In this document: piece after piece, positions 39,624 to 52,518 of the stretch | Layout: the number at the start of each line of letters is the position of its first letter | Numbering within the stretch: the first letter of the stretch is position 1 | Source of the DNA: Camelus ferus | Taxonomy: Eukaryota | Length of the DNA: 64,000 nucleotides | Assembly: GCF_009834535.1 (NCBI RefSeq) | Contig: NC_045696.1 | Span: 101,186,001-101,250,000 of the forward strand | Reading direction: 5' to 3' | Position numbers and translations under genes: made by a program | The notes under the pieces: generated by a model | What the model was told of the DNA's origin: nothing | Database searches by the model: none | Seen by the model: the letters and a program-made list of their open reading frames with translations, nothing else

Positions 39624-42600
39624 CTCTTCCTGACCTGCGTACCTGGATTTCAGAAGTCAATCTCTACTAGTATGTCTTCCAAAAAAGATCGTCATCATCA
39701 ATTCCAAAGTATCGTACATTTGTGTGAAGAAGATGGTTCCAACTGCAAGGAAGGGTGCCAAAATATGGAACATGGAGAAGGATGGGAGAATCACTGCACC
39801 CTGATCAGACCATGAAAGATGGCCCCACAGTCCCACAAGGGACCATGGTGTTCTTCAAAGGTAAACTACTGTTGCTCAAATGACAACTCATGTTTTCCAT
39901 GATGAACTGCATAAGAAACTATATTGTTTCTGTAGTTTTCAAAGTTTTTGAGTGTTCATTAAGCCAACTAAGACTATTGTAAATTAAGCCTCTGCTGGGA
40001 TAAGGTTAAAGTCTTAAATATTTCAGCTAGAGTATATTTAAAATTTATTTGATCAGTTGAAATTTAAAGAAAAACAAATGACTTTGAGACAGTGAATGGA
40101 TAGGGAGAAATCTAACTTTTCAAGTCAGCTATGAAAAACTCTCACCGTCTGTCAGATACAGAAAGGAGTCCCAAGAGCCTGATTGCTGGCACTGTATCAA
40201 TTCATTCAGGTATGTACTGGCAGCTGTTCTCAAGAGAAAAAGTTACTAGGATTGATTAAGTACACCAAAATTGAAGGCAGGGATTTTCAGTCCACTGTGC
40301 TTTATGTAAAAGCACTTTGCTTATTCATTTTTGGCAGAAGTTTTGGGCAGACATGTGTATGTGTCTGTCTGTGTCTGTCTGTGTGTCTGTACATGTATGT
40401 GCATATGTACAAATACAAAAAGGTTATTCTGGGAGTCTTTTGTCTACAATGGACCTACTAAATAATCACCCAGTATAAAACTCTGAACAATTTGTGTGCA
40501 ATGTTTCAGTAAATGAAAAGTAAAATAATACAGTAATATGACACTCCAGGGGAGGCAAAGTAGGTCATTAACTGTCACTCCAGCAATTTCTATTTAACAA
40601 GCTCCATTAGCACGAAGTTTCTGATTTCTCTCAGATGAGTAGAATAAACCACAGCATTTCTTTCTACTTGTGTTCATTTTACTAGAATGAATCAGTGAAC
40701 AGTAAAATTTGGGGCTCTATAGCATTAGCCAGAGAGGGGAATAATTTTTATTAATTTATTGTCAGTCATTCGTTCTACACAAACTTATTGTGAACATATC
40801 TTGTGTCAGCGTGGCCTAGATGTGAAGGTAATAAACTGGCTTATGAAAAAATTCTTGACTGCTTTGTGGGGATGAAGAGAATGTGCTTTAAAATACTGCA
40901 GAGGAAGTGTCAAAGGCTCAGAAATTTATACAGAGTGAAAAAAATGTTTCTAAAACAGTGTTCAAACTGGACAGACTCTCCTTCTGAAAGCTAGAATTAC
41001 ATCAGTGAAAAATGTTTTTATTCAGTGCACAAACTGGAAATAGTTTTGCTATCACAGCTGCAGATTTGTACAATCTCACTTTATACCACTACCTTCATCT
41101 CCACCACAGCAGCCTCTTTCTCTTCCTCTCTCCCTCCTCTCTGCCGTCACCACCACTACAGGAGTGTAGCTAGTGAGGTATAGACAGAAATCAGAGCCAA
41201 AGGGAACGGCCAAAGCTGAGCACAGGACAAACACTGAGAGAAGCATTTCCCAGTTCTCAGGAAGCAGGCATTTTTTGGAAAATGTATCATAGGAAAATGA
41301 AGCTTCTTAAATCCCAGCATCTCATAGATTGGAGTCATTAGGGACGAGAAAAGCCAGAAACAAAAATAATACTCAAGAATCTCCACTTAACTAAATTCAG
41401 ATGCCTGAGTAATCACATGTCAAAGAAACATTTTCTGCAATTTTTGGAGAAAACCTTACGAGGAAACTGCCATTTTACACAGATGGACATGGAGAGTGGG
41501 AGAGTTTGGGCCCTTTTAAGCAATTCACTAACTAGCATCATCAGGAAAAAAACCCTAATGAAGCTGGAGTGATATTAGAGCACCTTGAAGGATGTTTCCA
41601 TTTCTTGGATGCCCCCATTTCTTGGAGAAGAAGGAAGAAAAAATAGTGAAGAAGAGAGAGCAAAGTAACCAATAAAGTAAGAAATGAGCCAGGATGATGT
41701 GTCTCTGACCCAAAAGGGGGCAGGATCAGAAAAGCAAGTACCTTTCAGGACAGCAGGGGTCACTACTGGTCACTCACTCCTGACAAGCAAATCTCGTGCA
41801 TTTTCACACAGAGATACTGCTAGGGCTGTGATATTTCTGTCAGTCTTTCATAGTAATTTGAGTAATGACACATCATATTTCATTTTCACAAGATGAATGA
41901 CTTAGTTGCTTAGTGCCTCCTAAATTCTTTTCTAAGAATCCACAAAAAACAATTGTCAGGACAGCATACACCCTTTTGAAGAACTCCTGAGTGCTTCTAA
42001 ATGTGGATGGCATTACAAAGCCATGTGATCATGAATTATCGTCATATCCATTATATGCTCCAGAACCAATTTTTTACATACCATAGCTGCCTAAATATAA
42101 AACACTGCACTGCTGGGCAAACAGTGGTATGAACCAAGATCAAATATGTAATGTGTTCCCTTACTTGTCTTGGGCTACTTTTTAGATGTGCTGTAGTAAC
42201 GAGCTGAGTCCAGGCATCTGACAGACGGGACAGCTGGGCAGTTGAGTCAGCAATTCTGGCACTACCATACTGCAGGTGCAGAAATGAAACTCAAGTACTT
42301 GAGAACAGTTGCCTTTGGGCCAGCTATGAACTTGACCTCATTTCAGATAGCAGCTTTTCTTTCTCACCCACAGCACAGCTGAAGTTTAGAAAAGAATTCA
42401 TTTAGCTCTGCTTTCAAAAACCAATGATTTAAAGCCTACTTCCCTAAGTTTCCTTTGAAGACAAAATGCCAGGCATTTTTTTCTTTGTTGTTTAAAAGGT
42501 TTATGAAGAATTAATTACCTAGATTGTTCTTTAACAAGTGAGACTAAAATTCCACCCTTCTGTTTCTAGCACAGACTTTATTTCAGGTACATTAAGTGCT

Positions 42601-43489
42601 TTGTGAAATTTTGAAAGCATTTCCTTGGGCATTATTTTTTTATTCTGATAAGAGGTAGTCCTTAAATTAAGGGATAATTTCATATCTTTTTATTACACTA
42701 CATAACTTTTAATAGAAATACGTAATGTCCTGCTCATTTTTTTCTATTCAGGGCATTATGATATTGAATTGCTCAGTCAGTCCAAAAAATGCGACCCCAG
42801 CAATCACAAAATTTTTATTAAGAAGTATCTGGACACCCTTCCAAAATTAGAAATCACTTTATTTATTTGAGAGCTCTGAGAAAACAGAAAGTCTCTTAAC
42901 TCTGAAGAATAACAATTTGCTAAAAATATATTTTGCCCCATAATAGGGCAAAAAAGTACTTGGTGATTATTAAACCAAAGAGTTTTAGATCATTTACAGA
43001 TAAAAATAATTCTGATAGTAGAAGCTATTCAGTTTAGATCTTGAAGTGATTAATGGGCATGGCAATGGGAAACCTCTGAAATGCCATCTGAAGGGATGGT
43101 TAATGAGCTTGGATAAGACGTGATATGGTCACCAGGATCCTATGGAGTGAAAAAGTAACTTCGCATTAGAAAGCATTTAGATTATTCCATGTCTTGCCCT
43201 CCTAACACTTACTATACAGAGAACACTGGATATTCCACAGAAGAGAGAGACTAACATCTTATTTCTTATTTTTAATTGATGTGACATTGCCTCTTAATGT
43301 AATTGCTAAAATCTGTCTATGTACTTCATGGTGATTCCCTCCCCATTAACACCCCTCTCCTGACTCATACCTTTTACCATCACACATGATTATCATATAC
43401 TGCACCTGATCATGTTCCAAGTCTATCTCATTGTTATATATGAGGATAATTCAACACAGTGAATATTTTTTACTGCAAAGAACTGGGAA

Positions 43490-43800
43490 AGGATTTGTTT
43501 GTAATATGAGGATAACTAAACATGAACCCTGCTTTCAAAGAGATGGTCAGCCAAAGAGATTGTGGCATATGCACAGATAATACATTAAGGACAAACCATT
43601 TAAAGGGATAATGAGATGGGGTAAGGGAGAATCATGATTCTGGAATGTTGTCATGAAGAGATTCTGAGTGACTACATGGGACTGTTCCACAAGGGTTGAG
43701 GATGCAGGGAAGGGGAAACTTTCCCAAATAGAGGAAACAGTATGATCAACGTCTCAAAAGTAGAAAAGACAAGGAAACTCTGATAGTGCATGAAAAAGAG
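43490..43800 (-). mobile_element. L2 fragment
   Basis: 'catgaaccctgctttcaaagag' and 'ttcccaaatagaggaaacagtatgatcaa'. Confidence 0.55.
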
Positions 43801-43814
43801 AGAAACCTCTGTAG

Positions 43815-44125
43815 TTGCTAATCTCTGCTTGTAGTATCTTTTTCCTCACCCTACTCATTTGTTAAGATTTAGCTCATGAAACACCTCCTCTAAGAAGTCT
43901 CAGAAAATAGACATCACCAGGCCAACTACACATCTCTCTCATATTTTCAGCACGTGCTGTGTTGTATTGTAATCTATCTGCATACGTAACTGACTTAGTA
44001 ATTAAACTGTAAATCCTGAAAGGATAGGGTTTGTGACTTAATCATCTCTGTATCTTGAAACCATAGTCCAGTGTCTGGTACCTAGTATACTTTGTAAATA
44101 TTTATTAAACTGATGAATAACTAAA
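43815..44125 (+). mobile_element. L2 3' end
   Basis: 'aaactgtaaatcctgaaaggataggg...cagtgtctggtacctagtatactttgtaaatatttattaaactgatgaata'. Confidence 0.7.
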
Positions 44126-44999
44126 TGCTCAAATACTTTAAACCAAGATGCATATTCGTACCCAACATCTCAATACTTTTAGTATATACCAGAGATATAC
44201 CTATGTGTGTGTATATATATATATAGTATATGTTATAGATGATACTCATAAATGATTAGATTTTTATGTCATATTCAGGCTTTTGGAAAATAATTTGTTC
44301 AAAATGAAAGTCTCTATTATCAAAAGATAAAGAAGTTGTTCTACATCCACATCAAATACTTGTATAAGCATAATTTTAGATTATAAATGCAAATATATTT
44401 ATAGAGTACCTTATTTTATCAATTTTTAAATGGTCATGCAATTAAATTAATAATTTTGCATTTTATTTAAGAAGGCCTTACCTACTTCTAGATTCTACAG
44501 TCTCCATGATTTCTTTGAACACTTTTATGATTTATTCCATTTGAAATTTATTTCTAAAAACATACTCAGTGATGTAATATTTTTTATCAAAAGATAAACA
44601 ATTGCTATAATGAACATGAGTTTATTTTTTCCATTATAGTCTAAAATCATCATCATCTCAATTGAAACCAAAAAAAAGAGCAGACATAATTTTGTCTTAA
44701 GTGGGGAAAACGTATGAAATATCTCTCATTGTGGCAATTATGTGTTTTACTTGAATTCTGCTTTAGACAGTGTTAGTGTTTGTGTACCCACTGTCTGTTT
44801 CTTTTTTAAACACACCACACACACAGTTCTCCTTTCCCAAACTTCCTATATAATTTATTTGGTTTGTTTTTAACACCTTTGCAAACAACATCTAGCTGAC
44901 CATTTTAAACCTGCTCTCAGAAGCCATTAATAGGTTAATTTGCTCTGACATGTTGTGACTATTTATCTGCTTAGACTACTCCTTCCTTTTTATTGTGTG

Positions 45000-45800
45000 T
45001 GTTATATTCATAAGTATATTAAGCTTTAAATAGTTTTAACACAATTCAGAGCCACATTTTCTCTCCACCCTAGACTTTTCCCTCCCAAATAAGAAACATT
45101 ACTGTTCTTTTATCTGCTTTCTCCTCCTTCCTCAACGTTCTAGACCCTTCAGAGCTCCAGCAACCACCTTGTCACTGAGATCTGATATTTTATTTCCAAG
45201 TTGCTATTAAGTTTAAATTTGGCAAACTAATAAACTATGTTTTAGATTACTTCCTATAACTCATTCCTGAGCTTTTTTTTTTCATCTTACTCACATATGT
45301 ACTCTAGAAACTGGCAGTGAGATTTTCCCTCAGAACTCTTTCACTGTGTTTCTCTACTTTGTTCATCCATCTGGTAATACCAGCAAGATGTCTGATGATA
45401 ACCTAGTTTTAATTATTTAAAGTAAATCTATTCATTTCCACTGGAAGGTGTTTAGGAGTTCACCTTCAACATTCAATACCCTGACATTTGCTCCAACATA
45501 TGTCTCTCTGCTAGACATGAATCTCTTAAGTTCATTCTATTCAGTCCTTGGTAGATCCTGTCAATCTAAGGATGTTGGCTTTATCTCAGTCTGCAAGAGG
45601 TTTACTATTATTACTATTATTATTATTACTGCATTTTAATGTTTCCTCTCTGCCATTCCTGTGATTATTTTAGAAATCTCTTAGATGAATACTGGTTCAT
45701 CTGAATTATTCTATGCCTTTAAATTTCCTTTCATTTTCTCATCTGAGCTCATTATTGCAGTTTACTAATTTGTTCCTCAGCTCTTTCTCTTCTCATTCCC
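45000..45800 (-). mobile_element. Very old L1-type remnant
   Basis: A T-rich antisense tract resembling decayed L1M ORF1-side sequence. Weak. Confidence 0.35.
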
Positions 45801-46614
45801 TTGGGCTTTTCCCAGGCTACTCAATGTCCCCTTGCTCTTCCTGTTGGCCCCATTCCAGCAGGTCAGTATATTTCAGCAACCAGCCTTTCCAAGCCTCTGC
45901 AGCCTCTGCTGCCCATAACTGATGCTTCCACACAATACTGAATCCTCCCGCACACACTGGCATTTTTGTGATTCCATTACCCTATTTCCTGAGAGGACAG
46001 AATGTAGAGGCAGAGTAAAAAAGCAAACCGATATAATGATGCTCTCATTATGTTAAGTCATATCTTTTATTCCAACTTTAATCCTACTCAGCTCAATGGT
46101 GACCCTCTGATAGTTCTAGATGGTTGTGTGAATTTTGCAGAAATGTGCAGAAAGAAAGTATGTGAAAGAAAAGTGTCATGAAATTGCAAATGCAGGTGAC
46201 AGCAAGTGACAGAAATTGGAAAGAATATTTGATTGTGCTTGAGTTAATGGTGATACTGATTTCATGCTCTGATAGACCCTAAAGGACAAGGCATCACAAT
46301 GGTATTTCAGTTCTATTTAACATTATCGGTGTAATACAAGTCAAGGTACTTTTGCTTTCAAATGTCTTCTTTTAAAGTGAGGTGAATTGAAGATATAGAA
46401 AAGAATTACATATAAATTATATTTATTGAGGTGCCCGAGTGTTTCTTCAAAGAAGTGCCATATAAACTATCATTATTATGAAAACATGCTTCACAAAATA
46501 ACTTGTCAACTTGATGTAAATTAAGAAAGTGGATGTGGACAAAAATAAATAAATGCACAAGCATAAAATAACAGTATTACAGTAAGCCTAGACACTGTAG
46601 AGTGCTTTACCTCA

Positions 46615-48000
46615 AGCAACAATGTGACTGAAATATTTATTTAGGCTATTATGCTGAGTACTACAGAGTGAGAACAGAAATGCTCACTCTTCTCGAGGAA
46701 CTTAGGTTCTACAGACAGAGTTAGACAGTATTCAAATAATCACACCATCAAAAGGGCACAATTACAAAGCAAGACTGAGTAGAGGGTTAAGATGGAAGGG
46801 AGTATTGTATATAATGGTTATTAACCAAAGAACCAGAACAGACAGGGGTATCAGGGCAAGCTTTCCTGAAAAAAAGTACTTGAGCCAGTTCTGTAGGGAC
46901 GAATAAGAGATAAGCGGGGGTGGGGGGGTGGGGGGTGGTCAGTGAGAATTCTGAAGGCTAAATATAATATGTGTAAAGGCCTTGTGGCAGGGCAAAATCA
47001 AAGAAAACCTTTAAGACTGGACATCAGTGACAAAGCAAGAAAGAGTGACACAAAAGGAGAGTGCAGCTAGCCAAGTGTTCTGCAACACTAAGTACTTCAG
47101 GCTTTTTTTCTAAGAACAATGGGGAAGCAATAATGTGATTTAAATTGATTGTTGAGGAGTGTGACAGCATCCTCAGTTCTGAGAAGAGAACAGCTGTAAT
47201 AGTCTGAAGAACTGATTGGACTCTAGGACACCTGGTCAAGGAATACTGCATCAGACTGGATGGGTGAATAGAGTAGGCTGAACTAGGGAAACGGTGACAG
47301 AGAAGTAGATAAATAGGAAATGCATTGACGATGTAAATTATTAGAACTTGGTAATGGAAAAACTATGTGAAAGGGAGAAAAGACAGTGCTGATGACAATT
47401 TTTAGGCTTTGGATTTGTGTGCCTACATGGAAGGTGGTGAAACTCACCAAGACAGGAAATGTTAGATTAGAAACAAAATATAGTGCTTGATTACTGCTTT
47501 GTTCTTTATTTGGGGAGAGAGTATTTATAAGACCAGGGGTTTAGTCTTGGGACATATTGAATTTGAGGTGATACTGAAACATCTGAGAGGAGTGAGAATT
47601 TTGAGTAGATTCTTGGATATATAGGTCTGATATTCAAAGTAGAGGTATGGTCTGGTTATATACATTGATGAGTCATTACATGGATGATAAATGTTAACTA
47701 GAAAAGGATGAAATTGCCTTTTTCAGAGTGAGAAGAAAGAGAGCTCCTGGAAGCTCTGTTTATTCTCTGGGTTAATTACAATGATTCTTTTCAGAATGAG
47801 AATGACTTAAGTAGAAAAAAAAAAGAAAAGTGTCATAAATGCTAATGGGAGAGAGTATTTTGTGAAGAGAGGAATGGTCAGTTCAATCAAATGCTGATGA
47901 GAAGTCAAGTTTCAAAAGAAGACTGAAAAATATCCTTGAGCTATAGAGACACAGAGAATATTAGTGTCTTTGGCATGAGACATTTTGGTAGAATGGTGAG
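46615..48000 (-). mobile_element. L2 LINE remnant, about 1.4 kb
   Basis: 'aaatatttatttaggctattatgctgagtact', 'ttgggacatattgaatttgaggtgatactgaaacatc' and 'caaatgctgatgagaagtcaagt'. Confidence 0.75.
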
Positions 48001-48149
48001 GATTGTTTATTTAAAAAAAATGACTAGAGTATTTTAATGAATACTCAAACTTTACAGTAAATATTATCTCCTCCCATTTAATTATTGTAGAACAAACATT
48101 CAAAGTAGTTACATCTTGCTCATGTTTTCAGTGTCTGAATCAGTATTTG

Positions 48150-51100
48150 GTTTTTTTAATTCTTTTTTATTGATGTGTAGTCAATTTACAATGTTAGTTT
48201 CAGGTGTACAGCAAAGTGATTCAGTTATACATATACATACATGCATGCATATATATTTTTTCAGTTTCTTTTCCATTATGGCTCATTACAGGAAATTGAA
48301 TATAGTTACCTGTGCTATATAATAGGTCCTTCTCTTTTATCTATTTTATATATAATAATATATATGTTAACCCCCAAATCCTAATGTATCCCTCCTCACT
48401 CCCCACCCCCCTAACTGAGGTAACCAGTTTGTTTCCTATGTCCATGAGTCTATTTCTGGTTTATAAATAAAATTTGTATTTTTTTTAGATTCCACATATA
48501 AACACCACCATTGATATTTGTCTTTGTTTTTTGACTTACTTAATATGACAATCTCTAGGTCCATCCATGTTGCTGCAAATGGCATTATTTCATTCTTTTT
48601 TATGGTTGAGTAATATTCCATTGTATGTGTATATACTACATCTTCTTTATTCATTCATCTGTCAATGGACATTTATGCTGTTTCCATGTCTTGGCTATTG
48701 TAAATAGCACTGCTGTGAACATTAGGGTGCATGTGTCTTTTTGAATTATAGTTTTTTTCTGGATATATGGCCAGGAGTGGGCTTGCTGAATTGTAATGGT
48801 AAGTCCATTTTTACTTTTTTAAGGAATCTCCATACTGTCCTCCATAATGGCTGCACCAATTTACACTCCTACCAACAGTGTAGGAGGGTTCCTTTTCCTC
48901 CACACCCTCTTCAGCATTCATTATTTGTAGACTTTTTAGTGATGACCATTCTGACTGATGTGAGGTGATACCTCATTGTAATTTTGATCTGCATTTCTCT
49001 AATAATTAGTGAAACTAGGCATCTTTTCATGGGCCTGTTGGCCATCTGGGTGTCTTTGAAGAAATGTCTGTTTAGGTCTTCTGCCCATTTTTTGATTGAG
49101 TTGCTTGCTTGCTTGTTTGTTTTATTAAGGTGTATGAGCTGTTTGTGTATTTTGGAAATTAGTCCCTTGTAGGTCACATCATTTGCAAATATTTTCTCCC
49201 ATTATGTAGGCTGTCTTTTCATTTTGTTGATGGTATCCTTAGCTGGGCAAAAGTTTAATAGGTCCCATTTGTTTATTTTTGCTTTTATTTCCATTACTTC
49301 AGGAGCTGGTTCAAAAAAAAATAATTGCTGTGATTTATGTCAAAGAGTGTTCTGCCTATGGTTTCCTTTAGGAGTTTTATAGTATCCAACCTTACATTTA
49401 GGTCTTTAATCCGTTTTGAGTTTATTTTTGTATATGGTATTGGAGAATGTTCTAATTTCAGTCTTTTACAGGTAGTTGTCCAGTTTTCCCAGCACCATTC
49501 ATTCAAGAGACTATTTCTTCTCCACTGTATTTTCCTGCCTCCTTTGTCATAGATGAATTGACCATAACTGCATGGGTTTTTTCTTAGACTTTCTATCTGT
49601 TCCATTGATCTATGTGTCTGTTTTTGTGTCAGTACCATTCTCTTTTGATTACTGTAGTTTTGTAGTATAGTCTGAAGTCAGGAGTGTGATTCTTCTAGCT
49701 CCGTTCTTCTTTCTCAAGATTGTTTTGGCTATTTCAGGTCTTCTGTGTCTCCATACGAATTTAAAAATTTTTTGTCCCAGCTCTGTGAAGAATGTCATTG
49801 GTAATTTGATAGGGATTACATTGAGTCTGTATATTGCCCTGGGTAGTATGCTCATTTTAATAGTATTGATTCTTCCAATACAAGAACATGGTATATCTTT
49901 CCATCTGTTTGTGTTGTTTTCAGTTTCTTTCATCAGTGTTGTATGGTTTTCAGAATGCAGGTACTTGCCTCCTTAGGTAGGTTTATTCCTAGGTATTTTA
50001 TTCTTCTTGACACAATGGTAAGTAGGACTGTTCTTAATCTCTTTTTCTGCTATTTCATTACTAGTGTATAGAAATGCAACTGATTTCTGTATATCAATTT
50101 TGTATCCTGCAACTTTACCAAATTCATTGATGAGCTCTAGTAGTTTTCTGGTGGCACCTTTAGGATTGTCTATGTAAAGTATCATGTCACCTGCAAACAC
50201 TGACAGTTTTACTTCTTTTTTTTCAATTTAGATTCTTTTTTTTCTTTTTTTTTCTGACTGCTGTGGTTAGGATTTCCAAAACTATGTTGAATAAAAGTGG
50301 AGAGAGTGGGCATCCTTGCCTTCTTTCTGAACTTAAAGGAAAGGCTTTCAACTTTTCATAATTGAGTATGATGTTAGCTGTGGGTTTGTCATATATGGCC
50401 TTTGTTATGTTGAGGTATGTTCCTTCTATGCCTGCTTTCTGGAGAATTTTTAGCATAAATGGATGTTGCATTTTATCAAAAGCTTTTTCTGCATCTATTG
50501 AGATGATCATATAGCTTTTATTCTTCAATTTGTTAATGTGGTGTATCACACTGATTGACTTGAAAAATCCTTGCATCCCTGGAATAAATCCCACTTGATC
50601 ATAGTGTATAATCCTTTTAAAGCATTGCTGGGAGTTGATTTGCTAGTATATTGTTGAGGATTTTTGCATCTATACCCTTAAGTTATATTGGCCTGTAATT
50701 TTCCTTTTTTTGTGTAATATCTTTGTCTGGTTTTGGTATCAGGGTAGTCGTCTCACAGAATGTGTTTGGAAGTGTTCCCTCCTCTGCAATTTTCTGGAAT
50801 AGTTTCAGAAGGCTAGGTGTTAACTCTTCTCTAAACGGTTGTTAGAATTACTGTGTGGCACTGGGTCCTGGCCCTGTGGTGGGCAGGTCCATGTCCAGAG
50901 TGTGTCAGGGTGTGGCTGTAGGCTCAGGAAGTCTGCTGATGGGTGGGGCAGTATGTTATTTGATCTGAGGCTTCCCAGCACTAAAGCCTACAGGCTGTTG
51001 GGTGTGGCTAGGTCTTGGCAATAATGACCCAAGCAAGATGTCAGCCTCCAGGAAATTCATGTAGATGAATACTTCTCAAATGTCTGCCGCCAGTTTTTAT

Positions 51101-51646
51101 GTCCCAAGGTTGAGTCACAGCCACCTGCCACCTCCATAGGTGATCCTCCAAAACCAGTAGGCAGGTCTGGCCAGGGTTCCTATGAAATCACTGCTTTTGC
51201 CCTTGGTCCCAGAACATGCGAGATTCTGTGTGTGCTTCCCAAGAGACCAAAATCTTTGTTTCCCTATGTCTGTGGAGCTCCTGCAATTAAGCCCTGCTGC
51301 CTTCAAAACCAAATGTTCTGGGGGCTCCTCCCCCCAATGCAGGAACCCTGAGCTGGGAAGCCTGACGTAGGGCTCAGAACTCTCACTCCTATAGGAGAGC
51401 CTCTGCAATATAATTTTTCTTCAGTTTCTGGGTTGCCCACCCAGAGGGAGTGCAATATGAAACCCGATTATTTCATCAGTGTGCCCCTCTTACCATCCCA
51501 CTATGGTTCCATCTTTATGAATCCAGTTGAAGAAAAAAATTTTTTTTGTAGATTCCAGTCTGTTTTTTTTAATCAATGGTTGTGGTTTTGTTGTGATCAT
51601 GAGAAGAGGTAGACTATGGTCCTCCACCATCCTGACCAGAAATCAC
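48150..51646 (-). mobile_element. L1 with both ends present but ORF1 and the endonuclease region missing (5'UTR fused to mid-ORF2)
   Basis: 16-bp TSD tctgaat[c/t]agtatttg (48134-48149 and 51647-51662). Frameshifted RT peptides ([54 protein letters not shown]). GC-rich 5'UTR-like segment at about 50850-51646. Confidence 0.92.
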
Positions 51647-52518
51647 TCTGAATTAGTATTTGAATCCAAAGTCTTGCACTCAATATACTCCTCATATAAA
51701 CCTTCTATGCAAGTAATAGAGATTGATTTTTTTTTAATTAGGGGGAGAAATGGGGGAAATTATGCATATTCCTATGTTAACCATGGATCATTCAGAAAAG
51801 AATAAAAAACATTCATTAATATTTCTTTTTCCCTTTTCCAATATATATCTTATATACACTACCTCTATCTGGTTACTTCCAGTTAAGTTCTACCATTTCT
51901 CTACTGGCAATTAGACAAAGGGAAATAAACTCTTCCAACCTGTAACGAATTGAAACTTGAAGAGAGCAACTGAGAAACTTGCTTACTAGAAGAATTAGTA
52001 GTAACAACAACCAGATGAAAATAATCCTTTAGGAAGAGAAAATAATCGCCCCAAAAAACAAACAAACACAACAGTATCTAACCTTTATTTAAAATAAATC
52101 AGTTTACTCATCATTTTTTCCTATTCTGTAGTTGGTCAAATTGCAGCCAGTTTCCCTGCTGCAAATAGTATCTTTATAGACCCCACCTATGCCAATTATA
52201 GTTTTAATATCAAAGTTAATAAGAATAATCAATAATAGTTGGAAATATCCAAGAATTGCTAGTAACTTTTTACAACTACAGCACAAATACGTCTTATGAG
52301 GATTACTGTTTGGTGAATATGTAAACTTTCAAAATATATTACAATAATACCATTACAGAAAAAAATCTGTATGCTGCATTTCAATAATAATATGGTACTT
52401 CCTAACTGAAAACGTACTTTAATACACATTTTAGTAACAAGTAACACTTGTCCAGCAATTTGCAGTGGGTTTTCCTGTTGTCTGATTTAAGCTTATAATA
52501 ACTGTGTGAAATGGTATT

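Noticed and set aside
46915..46938. G-run tract (also 61531-61549) as a functional G-quadruplex
   Set aside because: Simple G-run expansions inside L2 remnants, with nothing indicating function.
48436..50594. Cluster of ORFs with reverse-transcriptase motifs as a novel RT system
   Set aside because: These are ordinary frameshifted L1 ORF2 pieces. The catalytic ADD motif reads AGD, and the plus-strand ORFs are antisense shadows.
52132..52235. Strong acceptor followed by GQIAASFPAANSIFIDPTYANYSFNIKVNKNNQ*
   Set aside because: No convincing donor and no recognised homology. Isolated acceptors are frequent in T-rich sequence.
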